A stretch of 64,000 nt of DNA from a virus (Duplodnaviria; Caudoviricetes), in IMG/VR virus record IMGVR_UViG_3300032038_009890, positions 96,001 through 160,000 of that record. One strand, written 5' to 3'. The notes below the pieces were generated by a model that saw only the letters and a list, made by a program, of their open reading frames with translations, was not told the DNA's origin and made no database searches. This document shows, one piece after another, positions 50,013 to 60,652 of the stretch. The stretch's first letter is position 1, and every line of letters begins with the position of its first letter. A program made the translations under genes and the position numbers.

Positions 50013-50639
50013 TTATCGCCTGCACGTAAACAGGCCGTTCCGCAGCGTGACCTCAGAGAAGACCTGCTGAAGCTCGGGAAGATACTGCCTCACCTTACGG
50101 TTAAGCTGATAGCAGTCCTTCTTCGTCTGACGGCCATCCGCGGAGCCGTCGCCGTCGTACACTGTGATGTACACGGTATCCGCCAGAGAGGCTAGTGTTT
50201 CTAGGACATCATGACGGGCCTCTTCTTCGGCGATGACATTGAGAACGTTGCTGCACAGGGCAGTGTCGTAGTGGTTCAGCAGGAGCCAGGGACGCGGCAA
50301 GTTGTACGGGTCGTGGCCAACCACGTTCTCGGGCAGGTCATACAGATCGAAGTACCTACCACAGCCAAAGTCGATCGTGGAACCTGTCTTGCTCACATCC
50401 ACCAGAGAGTAGATGCGTGGCATCTTGCTCGAGTTGATAGAGGTATCTGCGGAGGTGTATTCCTGCGCCACGCACGGCCTGATGGCCTCTACACGGGCCT
50501 GGAAGCTCTCCTCCCAGAGAGCCTTGACGACGTCGGCGTCATCCGCGGAGACCTGCTCCAGGGCTTTGTTCCAGTCTGCCAGAATGGTGTTCAGTGCGGT
50601 CTCAGTTGTCTCGATGGTGGTCATATTGGTATTCTGCAT
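50013..50639 (-). CDS. Class I SAM-dependent methyltransferase-like protein
   Basis: IDFGCGR motif I, DPYN, YD...SNVLNVI. Confidence 0.7.
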   Translation of the reverse strand: MQNTNMTTIETTETALNTILADWNKALEQVSADDADVVKALWEESFQARVEAIRPCVAQEYTSADTSINSSKMPRIYSLVDVSKTGSTIDFGCGRYFDLYDLPENVVGHDPYNLPRPWLLLNHYDTALCSNVLNVIAEEEARHDVLETLASLADTVYITVYDGDGSADGRQTKKDCYQLNRKVRQYLPELQQVFSEVTLRNGLFTCRR

Positions 50640-50753
50640 TGTAATATCCTCCTCAGATTGTAAAAAGTAGTTTTGTGAACCAAATGGGCGCAGAGGAATC
50701 GAACCTCCAAGGGCAGGGATTGCTCACTCCCCGCCCCGCACCAACAGCCCTAC

Positions 50754-51086
50754 TTAGAACCGCTTAATCCTTACAGATGCGGCTTTGTATTTATTGAGAA
50801 TGTAGGCCTTGAAAGCTTTCATGTCCTCAGTACGGACTTCAAAACAGCCCCTGTAATCATACCGATGATAGCCCCCGCGGTTCAGCTTTTCACCGTCCCA
50901 CGTCCACACGTTGCACCGCGTCTTATCCAGAGATAAACGCGCCTGGGAGAAATCTTCGCTCCCCTCTGCTATTAGTTCGCCGTCGGTGGTGTATTCTTTG
51001 TAGGAATACTCCACTTGGGTCCACTGCCTTTTCTCGCCGAACCACTCATTGAGAATCTTCCCGTAGATTCGTACAGTATTGCTCAT
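50754..51086 (-). CDS. Hypothetical protein
   Basis: AGGAG RBS; coherent ORF. Confidence 0.65.
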   Translation of the reverse strand: MSNTVRIYGKILNEWFGEKRQWTQVEYSYKEYTTDGELIAEGSEDFSQARLSLDKTRCNVWTWDGEKLNRGGYHRYDYRGCFEVRTEDMKAFKAYILNKYKAASVRIKRF

Positions 51087-51184
51087 AGTCTTACACTCCT
51101 GTTGTTTTGATGATGGCTTTTAAAAAACCGAATGGGGAAGGGGGATTGAACCTCAGAAGAGCATCCACGCTCCCCCGGTTGTAG

Positions 51185-51652
51185 TTAGTTTTCCTCTAGA
51201 TAATCGCTGTTGAGTGCATCTGTGTTATAATATTCGACTATAGTCCGCTTGATTTCCTCAAACGGAGTGTAACGCCGGAACGTACAACTCCCGGCACAGT
51301 TACCATCTTCTTTGGAGAAGTCAATAACCATTTCTCCCTGAAGATTGTTAGCTTTATGGCGCAGTGCAGGCCACTGCGCTTCCGTCGGGCAAACACTGAT
51401 GTCAATCCCGAACGGGGAGAGACGGATGGCGCCCATATTCATATAGGCAATAAGACCCGCCCCATATGTTGCAGGCAGGTCCCCATCGTCGAAACAGTCC
51501 ACGATTTCCCGGTGGTCAATGTCTCGCATGTGACCATCGCTAGAGAAACGCAGGAGTTTCCCCTGGGTCGTAATGTATCCCGCCAGGTCAAGATTTGAGG
51601 TGACCCCGAACATCTCTTCTGCACGGGATTCGATTGCTGCGGTGTTTGTCAT
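51185..51652 (-). CDS. Hypothetical phage protein
   Basis: AGYI...G..L...R.IDHREI...GAIR motif; RBS. Confidence 0.65.
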   Translation of the reverse strand: MTNTAAIESRAEEMFGVTSNLDLAGYITTQGKLLRFSSDGHMRDIDHREIVDCFDDGDLPATYGAGLIAYMNMGAIRLSPFGIDISVCPTEAQWPALRHKANNLQGEMVIDFSKEDGNCAGSCTFRRYTPFEEIKRTIVEYYNTDALNSDYLEEN

Positions 51653-51698
51653 GTTTATTCTTCCCCTTTCATGTCATCTTCACAGAGGAGAGGCCCTT

Positions 51699-52469
51699 TC
51701 AGGCCGCTTCCTCTCTCCACTCGGTTATCAATTCCTCCCGGAACGCCCACCCGGCCTTTACGGCTCGGACAGTACGCGCCCCGGACTTTGTCGCCAACAG
51801 CACCAGAACCACCAGGTACCCGGCGGCCTGGACTACTCCCCAGATGATGACGGGAGCGACGGCCACGACCATCTGGCGGACAGTCAGAGCCACCTGGCGG
51901 GTAATCATAGCCGCCTTGACAGCTACCCGGGAGATAGTCTTAGCCATTTTGATGGCTCCTCTCCCGGCCTTGACGAAACCACAGGAGACCACAACAGCCC
52001 CGCGGCCCAGGGAGGCAAACACCTGCACCAGAACGGCCAGAACAGGGAGAACCATCTCCCAGGTGACCTCTATGGCAGAGGTAGCGCCGTCCCAGATACA
52101 CAGGACAGACTCCCAGACCCTGGCAAGGATGTCGAGCGGATGCCAGACGGGAGCGGGAGTAGGATTGACGGCGGGGACAGGCTCCGCCACGGCGACGGGA
52201 GTAGATGCCCGCACTACTACAGGAGCGGGAACGACGGGGACAACGGGAGCGGGAACGGCCTCTTCCACTTCTACGGGAGCCTGGACAGACTCAGCGGGGC
52301 GGGCATCCTCAGCGGGAGCCTCTTCCACGGCTACGGGAGCGGCTTTCTCGAGCCACTCCAAGACGGTTTTGGGGGCAGTGGTGTACTTGCGGACGGTGCC
52401 GCTTTCATACGTCACCGTGTAGACACCTTCCAGGACCTCGACAGAAACGATGCTGACCTTCTTTGCCAT
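51699..52469 (-). CDS. Pro/Ala/Val-linker protein with C-terminal membrane segment
   Basis: ATG 52469 (MAKKVSIV) behind GGAGG; hydrophobic C-terminal third. Confidence 0.6.
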   Translation of the reverse strand: MAKKVSIVSVEVLEGVYTVTYESGTVRKYTTAPKTVLEWLEKAAPVAVEEAPAEDARPAESVQAPVEVEEAVPAPVVPVVPAPVVVRASTPVAVAEPVPAVNPTPAPVWHPLDILARVWESVLCIWDGATSAIEVTWEMVLPVLAVLVQVFASLGRGAVVVSCGFVKAGRGAIKMAKTISRVAVKAAMITRQVALTVRQMVVAVAPVIIWGVVQAAGYLVVLVLLATKSGARTVRAVKAGWAFREELITEWREEAA

Positions 52470-52651
52470 GATAATACCTCCATACGTTTTGAAATGTGTT
52501 TGTATAGCTACAAAACAGGCGGGAGGGAATCGGACCCTCACTCTATGGCAACCATGCCGCCCGTGTGGTTCAATCGACGTCAAAATCCTCCGCCGGGAGT
52601 ACGTCCCCGGCGGGGATGTAGGGGGCCGCGTCGCTCTCACGACGGAAGCCC

Positions 52652-52945
52652 TTAGTAGGGGCGGGGGCCGATGAACTCGGTCTCCCACTCCCGATGGAGA
52701 TCGGCGAGAACGGCATTGAGGCGTTTTTCCACCTCTACGGGGAGGTCCCATTCTTCCCAGCCACTCTGGCGGATCTCCCACGCCCGGAAGTAGACAGCCT
52801 CACCAAAGTAGGCATCTACTTCGAAATCGTCGCCGTCGATCTCGATGAAACCGACGGGGACCTTGACAGAAACCTCCAGAGAGGTGGAGGTGCACTCGGG
52901 CAGAACAGACAGGATACGGGAAACGACATCGACAGTATTCATCAT
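52652..52945 (-). CDS. Hypothetical protein
   Basis: GGAGG RBS. Confidence 0.6.
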   Translation of the reverse strand: MMNTVDVVSRILSVLPECTSTSLEVSVKVPVGFIEIDGDDFEVDAYFGEAVYFRAWEIRQSGWEEWDLPVEVEKRLNAVLADLHREWETEFIGPRPY

Positions 52946-53245
52946 AACTTAGCCCCTCCTCCGGGCTTTTGAGAAACAGGTTTTTAACAAGTACCTTCCC
53001 ACTCCAGACACTTTCAACAAAACAGACAGCGCAAGGCTTGCCCGTCCCGCTTATTCGTGCAAGTGTATCAGGAAAAAGCAGGGCGGGCGTCGAACCCGCA
53101 CCGGGAGCCTTTGCTCACCTGCTTAGATCGTCACCGCTTGATTACCATAACGGTGATTTTGTACGCCAGACGGCGAGGAACACCCGCCGCCCGGAGCTTT
53201 GTATACAGGTTGTTGCGCTTTTCAATCATGACTCTCCCTCCCCTC

Positions 53246-53647
53246 TCAGTCAAGGAACCACTCAGCAGGAGCCACGATCTCAGGCTTCCCCGGGACGGGA
53301 GCGACGGTGCACGCCGTCGGTTCCTGATTTGCCGCGGGGAAGATACCCTCATGCCGGAGCAGGTCCCCAATGAGGGAGGGGTTTACATAGACGGGAGCGC
53401 CGATGATATGGGTCCAAACAAGGGTCCAATCGTCGGGAACACCCGCAGGGCGACAGCACCCGCCGTTCATGGTGGTCTCGAAAGACCACGTCCCGTCGGA
53501 GTTGAAAGCGAGCCACAGGGAGACGGACTGACAGCCATCGAATTCCCTGTCGGCGTTCTTTACGAAGCTGACAGCGTCGCGGACGATGCAATCAAAAAAG
53601 CGGGTGGTGGTGGCGTTGATGGTGGCGCTGGTGGTGATCTTTTTCAT
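53246..53647 (-). CDS. Hypothetical protein
   Basis: ATG 53647 (MKKITT) behind AGGAGG. Confidence 0.6.
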   Translation of the reverse strand: MKKITTSATINATTTRFFDCIVRDAVSFVKNADREFDGCQSVSLWLAFNSDGTWSFETTMNGGCCRPAGVPDDWTLVWTHIIGAPVYVNPSLIGDLLRHEGIFPAANQEPTACTVAPVPGKPEIVAPAEWFLD

Positions 53648-53753
53648 GATAATATCCTCCTGTTTTGAAAAGTGTTTTATAGTTACCAAACCCGGCAGGG
53701 GAGTCGGACCCCTGTGAAGCATGCCGCCACGGCGCCGGGTAGTTGTCGCCTTT

Positions 53754-54656
53754 TCAGGCGGCAAAGCTTTTCTGTGCAAGAAGAACCTGCACAAGTTCTT
53801 CCCAACGGGGGTCTTTCGTTGGGTCGTATTTTCTGTCCCCGTGCTTAAGGAACAGGACATGCTTCAACCTACTACATGCAGTACAGCCCTTGCAGTGGTG
53901 CCGCTCCTCTTTCGGGATATCCTTCTGGTCAAGGGCGCACAGGCAAATGTGCGTCTCAATTCCCATATCTAGAAGCATCTGGCGGGCCGCCAAGATTTCA
54001 TCGATGGTGCCAAAGTTGTACTGGCCCCAAGGAAGAATTGACTCTACCATGTTAAAGTTTGGCAGGGCGTTTAATCGCTCCGCGATGGTTTCCTTGGTGT
54101 ACGCCCAGAAAGCGCACCCCGGGACACGGGAGATGATATTCTCCCACATGGAGACATAACGCGGGGAGAAGAAGTCCCCGGTTACATGGATACGGCAAAG
54201 CTTGGAACAGACGCGACTCCAGTGCTTTATCTCGCCATCTTTCAGGCGTTGTCCGCGTTTGCCGTAACGCGGGACAAGCTCGACTTCGCAGTTCCATCCG
54301 TCGCCCCACATGAGCTGGGCGACAATGGCGTTTTCCAGCCATTCCGGGTACTCCCGGGCGGCTTTTGTTCTCCAGGCAAGGGCGTCCTGGACAGCGGGGT
54401 CCAGATAATGCCCGGTCAGGCAGTAACCGCCCTTGCAGGTATGGGAGCAGGTGCCATGCATGGTGACTTGCTCGCCGTTCACATTGACAGTGTAGTCAAT
54501 GTCCCCGGGAAGCATCGACCATCCGGCCGCCCAGGTTTTTGAGCCGACCACAAGGGGAAGGGGGACCCACTCCCCCCACGGAGCGAGGATGTTTCCATCC
54601 ACGTTCATGGTAATGCCAAAGCCGTGGAAAAATTCCATCTTCGTAGTCCTTGCCAT
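53754..54656 (-). CDS. GP88-like Cys-rich phage protein
   Basis: C...C...YC, RIHVTGDF, FWAYTK, C-terminal C..C..C...H; ATG 54656 behind GAAAGGA. Confidence 0.65.
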   Translation of the reverse strand: MARTTKMEFFHGFGITMNVDGNILAPWGEWVPLPLVVGSKTWAAGWSMLPGDIDYTVNVNGEQVTMHGTCSHTCKGGYCLTGHYLDPAVQDALAWRTKAAREYPEWLENAIVAQLMWGDGWNCEVELVPRYGKRGQRLKDGEIKHWSRVCSKLCRIHVTGDFFSPRYVSMWENIISRVPGCAFWAYTKETIAERLNALPNFNMVESILPWGQYNFGTIDEILAARQMLLDMGIETHICLCALDQKDIPKEERHHCKGCTACSRLKHVLFLKHGDRKYDPTKDPRWEELVQVLLAQKSFAA

Positions 54657-55541
54657 TTTTACGTCCTTTCCGCCCCGCCCCGCGGGGTCTTTGTAAAGCA
54701 GGTTTATAGTTCTCAAAGCAGGGGGAAGGAATCGAACCTTCCTCACGCGCTGTACAAGCCGCGTTTCCCGTCGGCGGTCGTTTTGTTGCACCGCCCCCTG
54801 CTCTTGTTACTCGTTCGGCTAGGAATAGCCGCTTTCGCCCCGTCCATGGTGGCTACTCACGGTTCACTCCCTTCGGGGGAGTAGCGAATTACCTAGTTAT
54901 CGCGTTTTTGCAAGGGTATCACGGCGGGCGGTTAGTTATCGCCTATGGCCGCTTATACTTGCATCCACATAGGGAGAATCCATCCCCGTCTATTCAGTTT
55001 TCAAGGTTCATAGTGGCAGCCGCTTGCCTTGCAAGGTCCCCCCGTAAGGGCGGGGAGCTGTTTCGGCGGGCCGCCGTCACACCCCGGACACCGATACCGT
55101 TGTGTGTGTGTGTTTCTCAGGAGCTTTGCTCCCTCATCGGCGTAGCTAAACTATAGCATACGGGGCCGGGTGTACAAGAAAAAATTGCAGTTTTTTACCC
55201 CCCCCCGCATCCTGTACCTGATCCTGTATCTATCACGGGGTGTAACCCCCTATTTTCAGCGTTTTGCCCCAGATCCCCGCCAGGGGATCTGGTAGCTGTT
55301 ACACCTACACACCAACCTCTCATAAAATCCCGATACATTCATCCCCTCCCCACAAACCCCGGCCAGATCGGCCTTTCCATCGCATCCTTCCCACCCCCAA
55401 AAATATTTTACCCCTTTCATTTTCCCGGTCTCCGCCCGAAAATCCTGCACCCCTCCCCTCTTTTCAGCATATAATAGGCGCATTCTGCGCCTATACATAC
55501 AGGCCAAAATACAGCGCAGTTACATTTACAGGCGAATACTG

Positions 55542-55570
55542 TTGACTTTCCTTGCCTTTTCTCGTATAAT
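55542..55570 (+). promoter_or_regulatory. Sigma-A promoter starting the plus-strand arm
   Basis: TTGACT-N17-TATAAT. Confidence 0.8.
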
Positions 55571-55742
55571 AACGGATGGTGGAGGAGGCCCCGCATATAT
55601 AGGGGCCCCGCCAATAAGAAAGGAGAATCCACAATGATCTGCTTCGAAAACTGCTATCATTACTATCAAAGCGAGAATGGGAAATTCTGCGACATCTGGG
55701 GAGACTATGGCCCAACTACTCCCCCTACTTTAGTTTGCTATT

Positions 55743-58335
55743 TTGAGCCTGAAAAAGGAGATTCAAATGCACAATAACCTAGAAATTTATTCTATGCAAG
55801 AACTCACAGAAAAATACTACAAAAGTTTAAAAAATGAAGCGTTAAAACTAGCCAAAAAGAAACAAGAATACATCAACGCCAAGATAAAAGTAATTAATTA
55901 TGACCTAAATGTAACATCCGAATTTGGCAGGTCTTACATCGAAATAGGCATAGAGGAATGGGCTTACCCTGCTGTCGTTGAGCCTTTTATTTCAAAAGGC
56001 TATGTAGTAAAAATCCTCTATCGCTATAAAGATACAGATGGAACTCGCTATATAGTACCTGACCAGAACAAAAACTACTGTACATGCTATAAATGCCGTA
56101 TCTACATTATTCCACCAAAAGAAAATTTTCTTCAGACACTAATAGAAAGGACAAAATATTTATGCAAATAACCTACTTCGAACTAAACAACTGGATGTCC
56201 GGCGAAGACTATCCTGCCCGTGAACCCTTCCTTACATGGATGTGGGATTATCATCCCATCTTCCTAGACGAACGCTATGTCAAAAAGCAGAAGCTCTGTG
56301 TTCTCGCCTGTGTAATAGACCAGTCCACTAACTACTGTATCACTGCGCCCACCTCATGGGTCGAGGCTCACTGCCCTACTCTGCTTGACGAGGATGCCAA
56401 CTTCCTGCGCTTCCCAGATAAGCATGGCTCAGTATATGGTAACTTCGGTCATGAATTCCTCCCCTACTCCGAGGAAAACATCGGCATAACTTGGCTTCCA
56501 GATGAATAAAGTGCCGTTTCCAACAGCACTAGAAAGGACAAAACTATGTTATATATCCAAGCAAATACTACAAGCAACGGCAATCCCTATACAGTAATTC
56601 TTGCGCTAAAACCACTATTCCCTGACAGCTACTACAGACTCATTAAGGGCGAGGCCCTAAAACTCTACACTGTAGACGTCGAGAGCATATACTCTATCCA
56701 CGGAGATGAACTGCGCCTTGGCTCTATGATGCAGTTTGACACTTTCGGCACTCCCTCGCACACTATTGTCTCATTCACTAAACCACTGCCCTAAAAAGGA
56801 GGGCCCCGCCATGTCAAACACAGACTATATTTTTTGGCTCATAATGCTAGATTACTATATAAAATTATGCCAAAATCCAACTATAGTCACAGATACCATC
56901 CAACATACAGAATATCCAACCAGATATTATACAGAAGGATATAATCCCTACGACCAACTACCAAATCAGAAAGGAAGAATAATATGAGCAAAACGAATAT
57001 TATCATGCCCGCCGTCGAGACCCGCAAAATTCTCGCCGAGGCTAAACAGCGCAAAACACAAGCTCTCGCGGAGTACGAACAGACTTATATTAACGAGAAA
57101 ATAGCTAAGATCAACTTTTTCATTCTTCGAGCCGCCGAAAACGGCTCTATCTATACTGTAGAAGACATCGAGAATTGGGCTACTAGTTATATCATTCCTC
57201 TTTTCGAAGTAGAAGGATACTATGTAGAAAAATTAAAAAATCTTGGCGGCTATAACTGGAGAACATGCCATACCTACTCTGAGTATTGTTTTTATATTAA
57301 CAAGCCCGTAGAATAATAACAAGCAAAGCACGAGAGGAAATACCATGCCAATTCAAATCTATCTTAATACTATATATCCAATAATTTCGCAGATCGCAGA
57401 TGCTCAAGAAGCAGGAGAAAGTCACTACACTATCAGTGTCCCAAGATGGGGCGAAGACTTTATGATCGCTTTTCTGTGCAATCTGAGCCTTCGTATACAA
57501 ATTTTAAGTCGCTCTAAATACGAAACAACTATGGATGTTCTATTTTAACGAGCGAAGTGAGCGAGGTAATTACTATGGAAGAAGCCTATGAGTACTTATA
57601 TTGGATTTTAATGTTATATCTTTACGTACAATCGCAACAGAATCCAATTACTTACGAACTAGAAAAATATCCAGAATACCCAACTACATATTTTACAGAA
57701 GACAAACCATTTAAAACCTATACAGAAGGAAGCAATCCTTGCGACATAATATAAACTAAAAACTTAGAAAGGAGCATAAGACATATGAACGACCCTTATA
57801 TCATACCTGCAAACGAAATCCGCCAGATTTTTGTAAAAGCACAACAGCACAAAATAGAAGAAGAAATAATCCGCCGCCAGAAATACTTCCAAGATAAGAT
57901 AGATAATATCAACTCTTCTCTACAAGATGCGGCTCATGAAGGTATTGATATTATAGGTGAAGATATTGAAGAATGGGCCGCAGATGATATTCTGTCATTA
58001 TTAAAAAAGGCAGGATATTATACTGAAATATTTGATACTATGTACTACAAGAAAAGATGCTTTATCTATATCAACCCGCCGCAGACTAATGCCGAGCGAA
58101 ACGAGGAAGAGAAGTAATATTTATGACTATGCCATATTCCCCGTTGCCGCAAGTAGTAGATGAAGTATGCGGCTTAATACTTAAAGCAAAAAACCACGGC
58201 GAAAAACATATAACGTACTGTGATAGAAAACCAAATATCATATTGTTATCCTATATATTAGATGCATTAGGATATAAAAATGATACTATGCCATTATGGG
58301 GAGACTTATATAGAATAACTATTAAGTGGACCTAA
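55743..58335 (+). other. Cluster of small plus-strand hypothetical genes including two paralogue families
   Basis: ORFs at about 55767-56171, 56162-56509, 56546-56794, 56811-56987, 56984-57316, 57345-57548, 57557-57754, 57785-58117, 58123-58335. Confidence 0.65.
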
Positions 58336-58637
58336 TTTCAGCAAATACCGAGCGTAGCGAGGGAGGTGATGTAAAAAATGGGCGAAGAACACAAATATAT
58401 CTTTGATGGATTTGGAAGATTCGTAGAGAATCCTAAGTATATGTAGCTAGCGCTGATGAGAGGAAGTGGTTCCATTGGACTGAATAAATATCCCCCACAC
58501 ACGTAATATTGACAAATGACGAGCGTCAGCGAAGTCATTTTTCAATATTACAACAACGCCCCCTCTGAGGGGGCGGCGTAGGAGGGGTGACTTTATGCGA
58601 GAATTAAAAAAGAATAATATATCAGGAGGTATTATAA

Positions 58638-59099
58638 ATGAAAAATAGCAATGGTATTAACGAACCAAATGGTGTTTACGCAATAAAAAACATCAAAACA
58701 AACAGAATCTATATAGGAGAAAGCGTCCACGTGCTTGAGAGATGGCAATAGCATATATACGATCTTAGCTCCAGAAATCATTATAACCCACAACTTCAAG
58801 AAGATTATAATATCCACGGCATAGCAAGCCTTGAATTCAGAGTTTTAATTACTTACAAAGAATCTCCTCTAGATACATATGCCATGCTTAAGCCGTTCCT
58901 AATACTATCAGAGGCCAAAATCATAGACAATCTAAGATCACACGGCAAAAAACTATATAATATTGGAAATACACTAGAGAGATATCTCACCACAGAATAC
59001 GACGAATATGATATAAACAATAAAATTAAATCAAATTTAATATAGCTAATTAAGCACAATAACATCACAGATTACATAGAGAAATACAACATACAATAA
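58638..59099 (+). pseudogene. GIY-YIG endonuclease gene interrupted by two in-frame TAG codons
   Basis: AGGAGG RBS; GVYAIKNIKTNRIYIGES...RWQ*H...H.N..LQ.D; TAG at 58749 and 59043, TAA at 59097. Confidence 0.7.
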
Positions 59100-59120
59100 T
59101 ATAGAAAGTAGGCTATAATA

Positions 59121-60356
59121 ATGGATAATACAGTAACTATAATAGATTCCATAATGGGATCAGGCAAAACAACTTGGGCAATTAACTATATGAAATCCCA
59201 CAGAGAGAAATCATTTATCTATATCACTCCATTTCTTGATGAATGTAAGAGAATACAAACATCTTGCGCTCCAGAATTAGATTTCGTTGCGCCAGTACGA
59301 AAATGGCCCAGACTATCAAAATTAGATAATATACAAGAGTTAATTAATGCGGGAGAAAATATAGTATCATCTCACGAATTATTTAAAAGATTTGATGATA
59401 ATGTAAAGTCATTATTATTATATAGTGTAGATTATACATTAGTCATAGATGAGGTGCTTGATATAATCACGCCATATAAAATCACAAAAGATGATATAAG
59501 AATACTAAAGTCAAGCAATGTAATATCAATAGATAATAATGGCCTTTGTCATTGGAATAAAGATATGGATGACTATAGTGGACGTTATGATGATATTCGT
59601 CAAATAGCTATATCTGGCAATCTTGTTTGTGTTGATAATACATTTTTCTTATGGAGATATAACCCAGAGATATTTAAGCTTTTTAAGGATATATTTATAA
59701 TGACTTATCTTTTTGATGGAAGCATTATGAAAGGATACTTCGACTATTATGGTATTAAATATAATAAAATGTCATTGCATGAAGGTAAGCTAATTCCTTA
59801 TCAACCATTTGACACAACTAAAATTCAAAAATTAATTAATATATATGAAGGAAAGCTTAATGATGGTTTTACTAAATCAGCGCTTTCTAAAACATGGTAT
59901 GAAGATAGAGATAACACAAAATACATTAATCAATTAAGAAATAATTTAGATAATTATTATAGACATATAGTAAATGCAAAATCAGATTCTAGGCTTTGGA
60001 CAACATTTGAAGACAATAAAGAGACAATTGAAAAACAAAGATATAAAAATAATTTTATACCATGTAATTCCAGAGCAACAAATATTTATGAAGATAAATA
60101 TAATCTTGCTTATTTAGTAAATATATATATGCATCCAGGAATAATACATTTTCTAGCGCAAAAACAAATTGTTGTAAATAAAGAATTATACGCATTAAGT
60201 GTGTTACTCCAATGGATTTGGCGGTCTAGAATAAGAAATGGTTTATCTATAAATATTTATATACCATCAAAAAGAATGAGAGAATTATTTAAATCGTGGC
60301 TTAATAATACTTCATATCTGTATACGAATTTAAATAATATAAATCCGAGTGAATAA
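59121..60356 (+). CDS. SF2 helicase-like P-loop protein (SPbeta YonV-like, recalled from memory)
   Basis: DSIMGSGKT, YITPFL.E, IDEV, MTYLF, RATN.Y, QWIWRSRIR.G, PS.RMR. Confidence 0.7.
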   Translation: MDNTVTIIDSIMGSGKTTWAINYMKSHREKSFIYITPFLDECKRIQTSCAPELDFVAPVRKWPRLSKLDNIQELINAGENIVSSHELFKRFDDNVKSLLLYSVDYTLVIDEVLDIITPYKITKDDIRILKSSNVISIDNNGLCHWNKDMDDYSGRYDDIRQIAISGNLVCVDNTFFLWRYNPEIFKLFKDIFIMTYLFDGSIMKGYFDYYGIKYNKMSLHEGKLIPYQPFDTTKIQKLINIYEGKLNDGFTKSALSKTWYEDRDNTKYINQLRNNLDNYYRHIVNAKSDSRLWTTFEDNKETIEKQRYKNNFIPCNSRATNIYEDKYNLAYLVNIYMHPGIIHFLAQKQIVVNKELYALSVLLQWIWRSRIRNGLSINIYIPSKRMRELFKSWLNNTSYLYTNLNNINPSE

Positions 60357-60652
60357 AAATATATATAAAATAACTTGGACAAAAATCTTGTCCAAAAATT
60401 CAATTTTAGGTCCAAAAAACCCTTATAAACATTGGGTCTAATAATTTGAGTTATTAGAAGAGTTAGTATATTAAGTAATATTTATTTCCACAATACCAAA
60501 ATATATAACTATGTTTTTTTAAGCTTCACCTGCTTCTTCAACTGTATAGGCGATGAGGAAGCCAGTGGTTTTCTGGCTTCCTCATCGCAATGGGCCTCCT
60601 AACGGAAGCCAAGGTCAACATTAATATTTCTATATAGAAAGGACCCAAAACC

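Larger units (their letters stand above)
50685..54802 (-). ncRNA. Six intergenic acceptor/T-arm minihelix (mini-tRNA) elements
   Basis: 50685-50750, 51133-51176, 52518-52561, 53076-53124, 53690-53740, 54717-54802; each has a closing stem stacked on a T-stem with a T(T/C)C(G/A)ANN loop. Confidence 0.72.

Noticed and set aside
51573-52655. 360-aa and 262-aa plus-strand ORFs
   Set aside because: Shadow frames of GC-rich minus-strand genes that have proper RBSs; low-complexity translations.
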